Assembly (NCBI GenBank): GCA_965248575.1
Contig: CBDFJQ010000002.1
Span: 3,424,001-3,488,000 of the forward strand
DNA length: 64,000 nt
From: Planctomycetota bacterium
GTDB lineage: Bacteria > Planctomycetota > B15-G4
Direction of reading: 5' to 3'
Every line of letters starts with the position of its first letter. Position 1 is the stretch's first letter. Positions 38,840 to 49,364 of the stretch are shown here, one piece after another. The notes under the pieces are model-generated. The model saw only the letters and a program-made list of their open reading frames with translations. It ran no database searches and had not been told where the DNA came from. A program made the position numbers and the translations under genes.

Positions 38840-41207
38840 GGACAGTGCCGCCTTCGTGCAGCTCGACACGCTCTTGAGCGACGCACATCCGGACGAGCTG
38901 CGAGAGCTCCTGGATGCGGTGACCTTCGTGGCGCGGCGCCTCAACCACAATGTCATCACCTGCGAACACGCCATGGTGGTGGGGGCGGAGCAGGGCCTGG
39001 AACTCATGGCGCGGGCCGTTCCCAGCCTGCCCGCCTTCCGAGAGGCCCTGCTGGATTCGCTCTTCGATGATCGGGATCAGTTCCGGTACGAGGCCGAGGC
39101 AGACCAGGAACAGATGTGGGTCAAACCCGAGATGGCCCAGCTGCTGAAGCGCATCGAAGGCGGCGAAGCCATCCCGAAGGTCCTGGCCGAGGTCATGCGG
39201 GGCGACATCCCCAGGATTCGGCGCGCCGTGGCCTACGCCAGGGACAACGAACCAGAGGTCCTGCCCCCGGACACCATCACCCTCGAGGCACTGCAGGACC
39301 TCCAGGACTCCCTGCCGTCCTCGACCTCCAGGGACGCTCCTCCCGTCGCTGGCGCCTCCCAAGAGCAAGATGGTGCGGACAAGGTGCAGAGCCCTCGCTC
39401 CGGCGGCAGGAGCCCCTTGCCGCTTACAGCCGACCTCGCCGACGAGTCAGCAGAGGATCCGCCTGTCGTAGGCCGTGATGGTCTGTTCGACCAAGTGGCA
39501 CGCATCCTGCTCCGCTTCCACGAGCCCGCCATCTTGCTGGTGAGCCCGCCCGGTGCCGGCAAGACCAGCTTCGTGCGAGGCATTGCCCGCGCCGCCGCAA
39601 GCGGTGCGCTGCCCGCGCTCAAGGGTTTCCGCTTCCTGCGGCTGAAGCTCCTGGACCTCGTGGCCCAGAGCCATCGCGGCCAGGACCCGCACGCCGTGGT
39701 GGCCCAGATCCTCAGCGCCGTCACCGAAGACCCGACGACCGTCTTGGTCATCGACGACCTGCATCTGCTGGTGGCCAAGCAGGGCTACCCGCTCATGTCG
39801 GACCTGATCGACACCGTGAAGATGCACATCACGCGCGGCAAGGTGCGCGCCCTGCTCACGGTCGACGCCGACGCGTACCAGAAGTCGTTCGGGGGCGATA
39901 CCTTCTTCACGTCGCAGATCACCGTGAAGCGATTGCCCATCATGGAACGGGAAACGCTCAGCGAGGTCGTTCGACTCTACAAGCCACGCCTCGAACAGCA
40001 CTTCCGCCTGGTCTTGGAGGATGGGGCCCTGGAGGCTGCCGTCGAAGCCACCATGAGTGAGGAGAGCCCCGAGTACTGGCCGCCCGGCTCGACCATCCGC
40101 TTGCTCGATGAAGCCTGTGCCATGGCGCGCTCCGAGCTTTCTGCCGGAGTCACGGACGAGCACGTGCGCCGCTGCTGTTCGGAAGAGAGGCCCTCCGCGG
40201 CTCACCTCGACCGGGCCCGCCTGCAGCTCATCGAACAGCGCCTGGAAGAGCGGGTGCTCGGGCAGGAGGTCGCGGCAGGCGCGGTGGCCCGCCGGGTTCG
40301 GCTCTCCAAACTGCACCTCGATCGCAAACCCGAACGCCCAGACGGCGTGTTCCTGTTCATGGGGCCCTCCGGCGTGGGCAAAACCGAGATGGCGCGGGCC
40401 CTGTCGCGCGCGCTCTACGACGACGAGAGTCGACTGGTCCGGCTCGACATGAGCGAGTACATGGAGCCCCACTCCATCGCCCGGATCATCGGCGCACCGC
40501 CCGGCTACGTGGGCTACGGCAGCGACGGCGCCCTCACGGGCCCTGTGGCCCAGCTCGGCCACTGTGTAGTCCTGCTGGACGAGATCGAGAAGGCCCACCC
40601 ACGCGTCCTCAACCTCTTCCTGCAAGTCTTCGACGACGGCCGGCTCACGGACAGCAAGGGCAAGTTGGTGAGCTTCTCGGACACCGTGGTGATCATGACT
40701 TCCAACATCGGGCGCGAGCTCTACGCCATCCACGACGAAGAGTCCATCGGCTTCGGCCGCAAGGAGGAGGAGGCAAAGGCTGAAGCGCATCCCCTGCGCG
40801 ACACGGTCCAGGACCACCTCTTGCGGGTGCTGCCCTCGGAGTTCGTCAACCGCATCGACGAAATCGTGCCCTTCCGGGTCCTGCATGGGGACGACATGCT
40901 GCGCATCGCCGCACACATGTTGGAGCTCGAGGCGATCCGCTGGCAGCAGCGGGGCAAGTCGTTCCTGTTCGAGGACGAGGTCGCCACGATCATCTCCGGC
41001 AGTGGCTACGACCCGCGGCTCGGCGCGAGGCACGTCGAACGCAACTTGGAACGCCTGGTCATCGCCCTCATCTCCGAGGCCGCCGTGAAACAGGAGTTCG
41101 ATGTGGTCCGGGAACTGAAGCTCAGCGTGACGGACGGGGTCATCTGCCTCTCGCTCGACGGCGTGCCCTTCCAGTGCCTCGGAAACACCGGCATCTCAGA
41201 CGCCTAG
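38832..41207 (+). CDS. ClpA/ClpC-like AAA+ unfoldase with degenerate NBD1
   Basis: Clp_N-like ARRLNHNVITCEH; NBD1 PPGAGKTS/IDDLH; NBD2 GPSGVGKTE, DMSEY, GAPPGYVGY, LDEIEKAHP, DGRLTD; IGF loop; GAR sensor. Confidence 0.88.
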   Translation: MPEDSAAFVQLDTLLSDAHPDELRELLDAVTFVARRLNHNVITCEHAMVVGAEQGLELMARAVPSLPAFREALLDSLFDDRDQFRYEAEADQEQMWVKPEMAQLLKRIEGGEAIPKVLAEVMRGDIPRIRRAVAYARDNEPEVLPPDTITLEALQDLQDSLPSSTSRDAPPVAGASQEQDGADKVQSPRSGGRSPLPLTADLADESAEDPPVVGRDGLFDQVARILLRFHEPAILLVSPPGAGKTSFVRGIARAAASGALPALKGFRFLRLKLLDLVAQSHRGQDPHAVVAQILSAVTEDPTTVLVIDDLHLLVAKQGYPLMSDLIDTVKMHITRGKVRALLTVDADAYQKSFGGDTFFTSQITVKRLPIMERETLSEVVRLYKPRLEQHFRLVLEDGALEAAVEATMSEESPEYWPPGSTIRLLDEACAMARSELSAGVTDEHVRRCCSEERPSAAHLDRARLQLIEQRLEERVLGQEVAAGAVARRVRLSKLHLDRKPERPDGVFLFMGPSGVGKTEMARALSRALYDDESRLVRLDMSEYMEPHSIARIIGAPPGYVGYGSDGALTGPVAQLGHCVVLLDEIEKAHPRVLNLFLQVFDDGRLTDSKGKLVSFSDTVVIMTSNIGRELYAIHDEESIGFGRKEEEAKAEAHPLRDTVQDHLLRVLPSEFVNRIDEIVPFRVLHGDDMLRIAAHMLELEAIRWQQRGKSFLFEDEVATIISGSGYDPRLGARHVERNLERLVIALISEAAVKQEFDVVRELKLSVTDGVICLSLDGVPFQCLGNTGISDA

Positions 41208-42349
41208 GCGCGTGCCCCGGCGGCGATCTGCTTGAGGCCGTCAGCCAGGTGCGCGATCACGGCCTCGCGCTCGAAACGAGCGCCGTTGTCGGGCGGCAGG
41301 GCCCCACGCATCCGGCGCTCAAGATCCGCATCCTCGAAGAGAGCGCGCAACGCCCGGGTCAGGTCGGCGACCGAGCCGTCGAACAGCAGGCCGTTGTGTC
41401 CATCATCCACGAGGTCGGGGACGAGCCCCACGCCGGTGGAGATGACCGGGGTGCCGCAGGCCATGGCTTCGGGAACCACCCGGGGCCCCCCCTCGCTGAG
41501 GGAGGCGCAGACGAGCACCCGCGCGCGCCGATACACGTCCGCCAGGGCCTGTGCGTCAGGAACCCAATCGATGCGCTCCAGCTGCTCGGCCAAGCCCCGC
41601 TCCGCAGCAAAGGCGTCGATCCGTGCAGCCTCGGGACCACGCCCGAGCAGGCGCACCCTGAGCGAGAGGCCATGCTCTCGCTTCAGCTGGTCCACCGCTT
41701 CCAGCAGCACCAGGATGCCCTTATTCGGCACGAGGCGGCCGACCAGAAGCACATCGCAGTCAGGTTCGACGCTGGCCTCCGGGCGAAAGATGCCCTGGTC
41801 GAGGTACAGCGACGGAAGCACGTGGATGGAAGCCCGCGGGATGCCCCAGCTCTCCAGCAGCGCCGGCATCTCCAGGTCGTTCACCACGCGGAAACCAGCC
41901 GCCCGCTTCCTTGCCCAGCGGGCATAGAGCCTCGTCATGCGGCGGTCCAGCCATTCCCTACGATTGGCCGCGCGCGGAAAACCCGGCACATGATGCAGTT
42001 CTGCCACGTACGGAACCCCCGTGGCTCGCGAAATGCGCCACGACCCCAGACCGTTGTAGAACGGGTTGTAGTCGTGGCTCGTGATCACCGTGTAGGGGCG
42101 CTCGGCCGCCAGGCGCAAGCCTGTGCGTGTGATGTACCCCGCCTGCCGCAACTTGCCTGTCGTGGGGTGATGCAGATGCACGTTGCCGAACAGGCATTCG
42201 TGCTCCACCTTCTCCGGCCGCGTGCCGATCACGTCCACCCGCTCCCAGTGCTTCGAGAAGGTCTCGAGCATGTAGTAGAAGGGGCCGCGTTCGCCGGCTA
42301 CGACGGAACGGTCGGCACTGACCATGAGCACGTTGGGTCCGGCCTGCAT
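41204..42349 (-). CDS. GT4 family glycosyltransferase
   Basis: VGRLVPNKG, SEGGPRVVPEAMACG.P.I. Confidence 0.9.
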   Translation of the reverse strand: MQAGPNVLMVSADRSVVAGERGPFYYMLETFSKHWERVDVIGTRPEKVEHECLFGNVHLHHPTTGKLRQAGYITRTGLRLAAERPYTVITSHDYNPFYNGLGSWRISRATGVPYVAELHHVPGFPRAANRREWLDRRMTRLYARWARKRAAGFRVVNDLEMPALLESWGIPRASIHVLPSLYLDQGIFRPEASVEPDCDVLLVGRLVPNKGILVLLEAVDQLKREHGLSLRVRLLGRGPEAARIDAFAAERGLAEQLERIDWVPDAQALADVYRRARVLVCASLSEGGPRVVPEAMACGTPVISTGVGLVPDLVDDGHNGLLFDGSVADLTRALRALFEDADLERRMRGALPPDNGARFEREAVIAHLADGLKQIAAGARA

Positions 42350-42353
42350 GAGC

Positions 42354-43847
42354 CTAGGGCTCGTAGGTGCCGAGGATGTCTCTTCCAGTCTCAAGGCCGA
42401 CGCGCAGCGAGCGCGCCATGTTGTTGTACCAGAACTGTCCGGAACGCCCGATGGACCTCAGGTTGTCGAACTTGTCGACTTCCGCGAACACCTTGTCGAG
42501 CTTCTCGCGGTAGTCGAGGGGGTACACCGGGTAGGAATCGGGCACGAACATGTACTCGATGTCCTCGATGTCCTCGGGCTCGCAGACGCCCAACTTGGAC
42601 AGCCCTGCCGCAATCTCGACGAGCAGCGCTTCGCGCTCCTTCTCGTCGCTGAAGTCGGGCCGCGTGATCTCCACGCAGAGGCTGTCCTTGCCCTCGGGGC
42701 ACAGGCCTCCCACCGATCGGTTCGGGTAGTAGATCCGGTTGAAGACGATCTCTTCGTCGGCGATGTAGGTGTAGAGGTCATCCCCCTGGGGCAGGGGTTT
42801 ACGGATCTTCATGAGCCCGAGCAGGATCGTCATGAACGGCAGCTCCTGCCGGTCGATGCCCGCCAGCGAACACATGCGATGGATGGAGCCGGTCCAGATC
42901 ACGGAGGCAGGGTTCTCGATGGAACCCCCTTCCCCGCTCGACCCGCCGGACCAGTTCACGCGTGAGACATGGTGGTCCGACACTTCGAAGGACACGTTGC
43001 TCGCCCGCAGCTCCAGACGGCCTCCGCGTTCCAGGTAGTCTTCCGAGAGTCGCTCACAGATCTGGCCGACGCCCCCCGGCGGGTAGAGCACCTTCTTGTA
43101 GTTCTTGGCAAAGGCCATGCGGGTCAGACCCTGCATGATCTTGAACACACGCAGCGCGCCCTTCGGCGGTGGGGGCTCGGTGTTGCCAGCAGCCTTGTCC
43201 GCCTCAGCCTTGGCCTTCACGGCCGGGTAGCGGGTCAGGAAGCGTTCGATGAGCTTCGGTTCCAACTGCAGGACCTTGTCGCGCTTCACGTCGGGCACGT
43301 TGTGGACCGTGCGCGCCGTCTGGTTCCACCAATCCCGGTGCAGCTGCGCCGAACCGCCGTGGACCGGCACCTTCTTCTCGATGTATGGGCCGAGGAAGAT
43401 GGACCACATCTTGCTGCCGAACATCCCCTGCATGTAGTCGCGGGCCACGTAGGTGTCGGGGATGTTCTGGCTGATGCAGTTCTTCAGGTAGCTCGCGATA
43501 CCCAGGATGGGCAGCTTGAAGGCAGCGGAAGCCGTGGGCGGCCATGGCACGTTGGCCTTGCCGATCTTCGCCCCGATCTTGAAGTCGATGGGGCGCCACT
43601 CATCGGGCCGCATGCAGCTCTTGATCAGCTCATTCACTTCATCCGAGACATCCAAGAAGAAGTAGTGGGGCCCCACGTCGAAGATGTGGCCGTCAAACTC
43701 GACCGTCCGCGCCAGGCCACCCACCTCGCCCTTGCGCTCCAGGATGACCACCTCTTCACCCGCCCGGCGAAGGGTCTGAGCAGCCCCCATGCCTGCCATC
43801 CCGGCGCCCACGACCACGTGCGGACCTGGCTTTGAGGTGTTCGACAC
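42354..43847 (-). CDS. FAD-dependent oxidoreductase (HemY/UDP-galactopyranose mutase-like)
   Basis: VVVGAGMAG, E....VGGLART, FDVGPH.F, YP.GG.G, YPVY, GR.GQF.Y.NM. Start uncertain (43847 or 43934). Confidence 0.85.
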   Translation of the reverse strand: MSNTSKPGPHVVVGAGMAGMGAAQTLRRAGEEVVILERKGEVGGLARTVEFDGHIFDVGPHYFFLDVSDEVNELIKSCMRPDEWRPIDFKIGAKIGKANVPWPPTASAAFKLPILGIASYLKNCISQNIPDTYVARDYMQGMFGSKMWSIFLGPYIEKKVPVHGGSAQLHRDWWNQTARTVHNVPDVKRDKVLQLEPKLIERFLTRYPAVKAKAEADKAAGNTEPPPPKGALRVFKIMQGLTRMAFAKNYKKVLYPPGGVGQICERLSEDYLERGGRLELRASNVSFEVSDHHVSRVNWSGGSSGEGGSIENPASVIWTGSIHRMCSLAGIDRQELPFMTILLGLMKIRKPLPQGDDLYTYIADEEIVFNRIYYPNRSVGGLCPEGKDSLCVEITRPDFSDEKEREALLVEIAAGLSKLGVCEPEDIEDIEYMFVPDSYPVYPLDYREKLDKVFAEVDKFDNLRSIGRSGQFWYNNMARSLRVGLETGRDILGTYEP

Positions 43848-44191
43848 GAGGGAAGGCTCCGGGCGGAAAAAAGGCTGGGCATCATAGCCTTCCCCGGCGG
43901 AGGGAGGCTCGCTCTCTCCAGCGCCCTTCGACATTCAATCCACACTCTCTTGATGGTCTCAGAAGCCGAATCGGGGCTCCCGCAGCTCGCCGGTTCGATG
44001 CCCCGTTGCTGAAAATGCAGTTCCATGGCACCCAGATTGGACGCCCCTGGGAACAACGCATCCGTACAGACTCAGAAAATCCACCTGAATCCGGCCCTCC
44101 GACCCGTTAAGACTTGTGCATCTGTCGAGGCTCGATGGGACTCATGGCGGGTCCACGCGAGCCTTTTCTTGCGCGGTATGGGAGGCAAAGC

Positions 44192-44602
44192 ATGGAAATG
44201 CTCCACGCGAACAACATGTCCAGGAGCCTCAAGGCTCTTTGCGACGTGAATCGCATCCGGATCCTCGAGATCCTCGTCAAAGGCGAATTCTGCGTCTCTG
44301 ACCTCGTCGAACAGCTTGCGATCGACCAGCCCAAGGTCTCGCACCACCTGGCGATCCTGCGCAGTGCGGGCATCATCCGCAGCCGTAGGGATGGTCGTCA
44401 CATCAACTACTCGATCCGTCCCAACGTCTACAAGCGCGTCGAGAACCCTGAGGGAGCCACCGACGTCTTTGACCTCGGCGAACTCACGGTGACCTTCCGC
44501 TTCGGTGCCGTGGCCGCCATGAGCAATGGCGTCGAGGGCGTTGGTCTGACGTCGGCTTCTCCCCGGGAACCCGGTGAGAGCCTTGGCGCAGCCATGAGCT
44601 GA
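44192..44602 (+). CDS. ArsR/SmtB family transcriptional regulator
   Basis: LKAL.D.NR.RIL, CVSDL, QP.VSHHLA.LR.AG; RBS GGAGG. Confidence 0.9.
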   Translation: MEMLHANNMSRSLKALCDVNRIRILEILVKGEFCVSDLVEQLAIDQPKVSHHLAILRSAGIIRSRRDGRHINYSIRPNVYKRVENPEGATDVFDLGELTVTFRFGAVAAMSNGVEGVGLTSASPREPGESLGAAMS

Positions 44603-44659
44603 TCTGCCGGGGCTCGGCTCCGGCATTGCCGATGACCGAGCCCATCCGGGATCGACCTT

Positions 44660-44692
44660 CGCGGCAGGAGTTCCTACGGATCTCCTGCCGCG
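44660..44692. terminator. hairpin between convergent genes
   Basis: Perfect 11-bp IR CGCGGCAGGAG/CTCCTGCCGCG. Confidence 0.5.
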
Positions 44693-44752
44693 TGTCGTTC
44701 GGGGCAACCGCGCGCTGAGCGACTCCGCTCGCGGCCGCGAGCTGCTCGTGGC

Positions 44753-45016
44753 CTAGCCGAGCATCTTGCGATCGGCCTGGCCGGTCTCGAGCTCCGCCTG
44801 CTTGCTGTTCTTCCGGAGCTCGTACTCGAAACGGGCGTTGGCAGGTGCGTAGCGCAGCTTGCCTTCCTTGCACTCGGGGCAAACCCAATCCAGCAACGCG
44901 GACATGTCGGCGTTGTAGTGGGTCAGCATGTTGTTGTTCCGGTTGACCCAGCACTCGAAGAGACACTTCGAGTTGTCGCACTCAAACTTCAGCAAGCTCA
45001 GCATGGTGCTCTTCAT
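44753..45016 (-). CDS. small putative zinc-ribbon protein
   Basis: CDNSKC...CPEC; strongly biased coding-like codons. Confidence 0.65.
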   Translation of the reverse strand: MKSTMLSLLKFECDNSKCLFECWVNRNNNMLTHYNADMSALLDWVCPECKEGKLRYAPANARFEYELRKNSKQAELETGQADRKMLG

Positions 45017-45260
45017 GATCTGGTCTCCCACAAGCCTGCGGGCTGTGGATCTCTCGCAGGGTGCATGTGCCAAGGAACGTCAGACTTCGAGGCCGCGCAG
45101 AATTCTAAGGCGAGATAGGCCAGAGGCAAGGGGGCAATGACACCCGAACTGATCGGGTCCGTCCCACCCATGGAGATTCCGCGTCTCTGTGGACCAATTC
45201 GAGGGAACTCTTGAGTCATGGGCGAATCTGACACGGGTCCAAAAGAAGCCGAATTCGTGC

Positions 45261-46757
45261 TCAGGACCGAGCTGCAGGGGTCGTGCCAGTGGGCACGGCA
45301 GGTCCGGCCGCTACGAGGCGTTCGTTCTCGATGCGGTCCAAGCGTGACTCATCCACGTCACCCGTCGGGTAGTGCCCCGAGAAGCATGCGCTGCAAGTCT
45401 GCTTGATGTGCTCGTTGCCCTCCATCACGGCGTTCTCCAGGTTGGAGAGCGTCTGGTAGACGACGCCGTCCGCGCCGATGTATTCAGCAACTTGTTCCGG
45501 AGTCCGGTCCCGGGCCACGAACTCATTCTTCGTGGACATGTCGATGCCGTAGATGCACGGGTAACGCAGGGGCGGCGACACCGAAGCGAAGTACACCTTC
45601 TTGGCCCCCGCCTTGCGGGCGAGATCGACGATCTGTTTCGAGGTGTTTCCGCGCACGATGGAGTCGTCCACCAACAGCACGTTCTTGCCCTCGAACTCGA
45701 GCTGGATCGGATTCAGCTTCTCGCGGATCGACTTCTGGCGGAGCTTGTTGCTCGCCATGATGAATGTCCGGCCGATGTACCGGTTCTTCACCAACCCCTC
45801 GCGGTACTTCATCTTGAGCGAGCGCGCCATGGCCATGGCAGAGGTGACTGCCGACTCGGGCACGGGGATGATCACATCGACATCCCAGCCCGTCGCTTTC
45901 CAGACCGGTGCCATCTGCTCGCCCAGCCGGATGCGCGTCTTGTAGACACTGACCCGGTCGAGGAAGGAGTCCGGCCGGGCAAAATAGACCCACTCGAAAA
46001 GGCATGGGGAGTGGGGCTTGTCGGCCAGCTGCCGGCGGTGCGCGGTGCCCGCCTTGTCGATGAACAGCGCTTCGCCTGCTGCCAGGTCGAAGGTCTGGTG
46101 GAAGTCGAGCACATCCATCAGCACGCTTTCGGACGCGATGCACCAGGAGGTGCGCCCATTTTCGTTGGTCCTGCTCCCGACGATGATCGGCTTGATGCCA
46201 TAGGGATCGCGGAAGGCGTACATGCCCTCATCAGCGATCATGCCCACCACTGAGTAGGCGCCCTTCACGCGGTCGTAGACGCTCTTGATGGCCTCGAAGA
46301 CTTGGTCGGGCTCCAGTTCATCGATGCGCTGTTTCGCCAGGCCGTCCCCGAAGACGTTGAGAATGCCCTCCAGATCACACGATGAGTTCACATGCCAGTG
46401 TGACTCGCGCGACATGCTGGTGGTGATCTCGTCGAAATTGGTGACGTTGCCGTTGTGCACCATCCCCAAGCCGAAGGGGTAGGAAAGCATGAAAGGCTGG
46501 GCGTCTTCGGCGCCGCCAAGGCCCACCGTGGGGTAGCGCACGTGGGCGATCCCGACCGAGCCCGTGAGATCCTTCAGGGCAGCCGGGGTGAAGACGTCGC
46601 GGACCAGGCCGCGAGCCTTGTGCATATGGAAGTGGCCATCGAAAGTCAGCGCGCCTGCGGCATCCTGCCCTCTGTGCTGGATCGCCAAAAGACCCGTTGC
46701 GAGATCTGCCGCAACGTCGCTGCCCTCGGGGCCGAGGATGCCAATGAATCCGCACAT
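45261..46757 (-). CDS. purF: amidophosphoribosyltransferase
   Basis: MCGF N-terminal nucleophile, QHRGQDAAG, HVRYPT, HNGN, FEWVYFARPDS, KNRYIGRTFI, LLVDDSIVRG.T, YGIDM. Confidence 0.97.
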   Translation of the reverse strand: MCGFIGILGPEGSDVAADLATGLLAIQHRGQDAAGALTFDGHFHMHKARGLVRDVFTPAALKDLTGSVGIAHVRYPTVGLGGAEDAQPFMLSYPFGLGMVHNGNVTNFDEITTSMSRESHWHVNSSCDLEGILNVFGDGLAKQRIDELEPDQVFEAIKSVYDRVKGAYSVVGMIADEGMYAFRDPYGIKPIIVGSRTNENGRTSWCIASESVLMDVLDFHQTFDLAAGEALFIDKAGTAHRRQLADKPHSPCLFEWVYFARPDSFLDRVSVYKTRIRLGEQMAPVWKATGWDVDVIIPVPESAVTSAMAMARSLKMKYREGLVKNRYIGRTFIMASNKLRQKSIREKLNPIQLEFEGKNVLLVDDSIVRGNTSKQIVDLARKAGAKKVYFASVSPPLRYPCIYGIDMSTKNEFVARDRTPEQVAEYIGADGVVYQTLSNLENAVMEGNEHIKQTCSACFSGHYPTGDVDESRLDRIENERLVAAGPAVPTGTTPAARS

Positions 46758-46896
46758 ACTCTTGGTGTCACTCCTCGGAAGGGACGTTGGATTCTAGCCA
46801 TCCGGACCAGGGACCGCTACGGACACGGAGCAGTCATGGCCGCCCGCCTGACACTCCGATACGCTCGCAAACCCATCCCCCGTGCAGGCGTCCCCC

Positions 46897-47739
46897 ATGC
46901 TCCCCACTCTCAGCCTTTTCTTGTTGAGTCTCTTTTCCCTCGCCCAGGAGGCTCCAGGAGGCGAGCAAGCGGACACTGCCACTGCGCCCGAGCTGACGCC
47001 CCCCGCGGAGTCCGCTGCCCGGGAGGTGCTCAGCAACGCTCAAACGCACCTCTATGACGTGGTGGGAGCCGGACTGGAGAGCCTCTCGTATGAGGTCCCG
47101 ATCCGGATGGCCGACCCCGAAGGCGAGACGACCCCGTTGGGTACGGTCACCGTCCGCTGGACGCCGCCGCTGAGGCCGGAGATCAGCGTACTCACGTCGG
47201 ACTCCCTGCCCGCTGCCCTGGAGCAGCAATCCGTTGCGATTGCCTTCCAGCTCGAGGCCCAGGGTCGACAGACCTTGCGCTTCATCGACAACCAGATCTT
47301 CACCGGACTCCTGGAGGCCTACACACCCACCCTGCAGGACACCTCGGACACGGGATTGAGCCAGGTGCACTTTGATCCCAAGGAAGCCGGCGAAGGCAGG
47401 CCTGAGCTGGATTGGTTCTTCGACCCCGATGGCGTTCCGTTGCGCTTCAGCATGGCGTTTGTCCAGGGGGGCATGACCGTCAACCTCAGCTATGAGCACG
47501 AGTGGGAGGCCGCCTCGGAGACGGATGCCTCGCTGGTGCTGAAGCGGCTCACTGTCGTCCAGGAGTCGGGACCCATGCGTTCCACCGTCACCACCACGCT
47601 CCAGCACGAACAGCTCGACGGGCTGACCATGCTGACCGGCTTCGTGGAAACCACGTCCTCACCCTCAGGGCAGCCAGCTGCCAACGCTGTCCAGCTCGGA
47701 GAGCTGGACGTCAGAGCGCGAGAGACCGGCGACGGCTAG
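46897..47739 (+). CDS. hypothetical secreted beta-rich protein
   Basis: Signal peptide MLPTLSLFLLSLFSLAQE; acidic alternating beta-strand pattern. Confidence 0.65.
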   Translation: MLPTLSLFLLSLFSLAQEAPGGEQADTATAPELTPPAESAAREVLSNAQTHLYDVVGAGLESLSYEVPIRMADPEGETTPLGTVTVRWTPPLRPEISVLTSDSLPAALEQQSVAIAFQLEAQGRQTLRFIDNQIFTGLLEAYTPTLQDTSDTGLSQVHFDPKEAGEGRPELDWFFDPDGVPLRFSMAFVQGGMTVNLSYEHEWEAASETDASLVLKRLTVVQESGPMRSTVTTTLQHEQLDGLTMLTGFVETTSSPSGQPAANAVQLGELDVRARETGDG

Positions 47740-49364
47740 TCGGGGTGGTTCGCCTCAACGGCGTCGAACACGCGATCCAGGGCTTCCACCATGGCGTCGA
47801 TCTCGCGTGTGAGCACGTCCGCCAGGAGCAGGATTCGAAGCCGCGACAGCTCGCCCGAGCCTCCGCAGCCCAGCAGCTTGACCCCCATGCGCCAACCTGT
47901 CGCGATGATCTCCTCGCGGAAGCGCACGCTGAGACCCCACATGCCTCCGAGCCCGGAGAACTCAGGGAAGATGTCCTGATGCCGGGCTGAGAGTTCTGCC
48001 AGCTTCATCCGCAGATACTCCCCCTTGATGCGGGAGTTCTCGAGATAGCAGCGGCCCTCGAAGACCGCGTCGGCGGATCGCGTGAGCTGGTCGACGGTGT
48101 TGTACGCCATGTTGACGTCAAAGAGCTTGCCACTGCCGAAGGTGTTGCTGTGCCAACCGACGTGGCAATCGGCCTCGAGCTCCGCGCGAACCACCGTGAT
48201 GCCCAGGACGGCCGACTTGGCTATCCAGGTGATGTCCGGTTCCAGGCCCGTGTGCTGGGTCGCATACAGCCGCCCTGTGCGACCAAAGGACTGAACTTCA
48301 TCCGACCCGAAAAGCATGCCGTGCGAACGGGCGCACTCCACCACCTGGGCCAACCAGCCCTTGTCGGCGATGACATAGCCGCCTTCGCCCTGGTAGACCT
48401 CCGTCAGGAAGCAGGCGGCCAGGTCGACGGGGACCTTCCCCGCAGCGACCACGCCAGCCACGCCCCCGGGCGCATCGAGGATCTCGGTGATCGAGCGCGT
48501 GTCCAGCTGATCAGCGAAGTCCGAGAGCTGCCCATTGAAGGGAATGTTGCGGATCCAGCGAGACTTCCAGTAGCCCAGGTGCTGCGCCTTCTTGGAGCGC
48601 GTCATGTTCAGCACTCCGAGCGTTCGGCCGTGGAAGGCCCGGTCACACGCGAACACGAAGAAGGGATAGTCACGATAGACCGCGTCCGGCATGGACTGGT
48701 CCGCGTCGTAGAAGCTGTCGCGGCCGATACCCAGATCCTGCATCACCCGATCCAGGACTTCGGCTCCGTACTTCGACACGAACTGGCGATATCGGTGCAG
48801 CGTGGCCAGCTTCAGGGCGGCCTCGCCGGCCTCCGCGCCGCTGTTCGAGAAGAAGCACTTGAAGCCACCCTGTCCGGGATAGGCCTCCTCGGTCAGCCGA
48901 TTGATGAGCCCGGCGAGCTCCTGGGGCGTGTGCACCCCCTCGATCGGCTTGCTGAAGAACACGAAGTCGTCGGTGTTGATCTCCCGCCGAAACGTCAGCC
49001 CGTGTGCGACGAGCGCCTCGATGCTGCGCAAGAACTCCGGGTTGTGCTCGCAGATGAGCTTCTGCGCCACACCTTGATAGAGGTCCAGATACACACCGGA
49101 AGGGGAGTCCACGAACATGCCCGCGACGGGGTAGCTCAGGTCCAGGACCGGGCTCTCGTCGTGGGAGAGGGTGCTGGGCAGGATGCTCGCTTCGTGCGCC
49201 TGCTTGACCTCCTCGTAGTCCGGATGCTGCGTGCCCGTGGGAGACAGGCTCGCCGTCCCCCGGTTCAGGGACCGGCCGCAGACAGTCTGGTCGGGAAAGG
49301 CGAGTCTCTCGTTCTCCGCGAGCAGGTCGTACCCATCGATGACGATGCTTTCGGCCGCATTCAC
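47736..49364 (-). CDS. class III PLP aminotransferase (extended)
   Basis: FSNSGAEA.EAALK, AFHGRT, E..QGEGG, DEVQSFGRTG, AKS (PLP Lys), SNTF. The GTG start overlaps the pyrI stop. Confidence 0.88.
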   Translation of the reverse strand: MNAAESIVIDGYDLLAENERLAFPDQTVCGRSLNRGTASLSPTGTQHPDYEEVKQAHEASILPSTLSHDESPVLDLSYPVAGMFVDSPSGVYLDLYQGVAQKLICEHNPEFLRSIEALVAHGLTFRREINTDDFVFFSKPIEGVHTPQELAGLINRLTEEAYPGQGGFKCFFSNSGAEAGEAALKLATLHRYRQFVSKYGAEVLDRVMQDLGIGRDSFYDADQSMPDAVYRDYPFFVFACDRAFHGRTLGVLNMTRSKKAQHLGYWKSRWIRNIPFNGQLSDFADQLDTRSITEILDAPGGVAGVVAAGKVPVDLAACFLTEVYQGEGGYVIADKGWLAQVVECARSHGMLFGSDEVQSFGRTGRLYATQHTGLEPDITWIAKSAVLGITVVRAELEADCHVGWHSNTFGSGKLFDVNMAYNTVDQLTRSADAVFEGRCYLENSRIKGEYLRMKLAELSARHQDIFPEFSGLGGMWGLSVRFREEIIATGWRMGVKLLGCGGSGELSRLRILLLADVLTREIDAMVEALDRVFDAVEANHPD

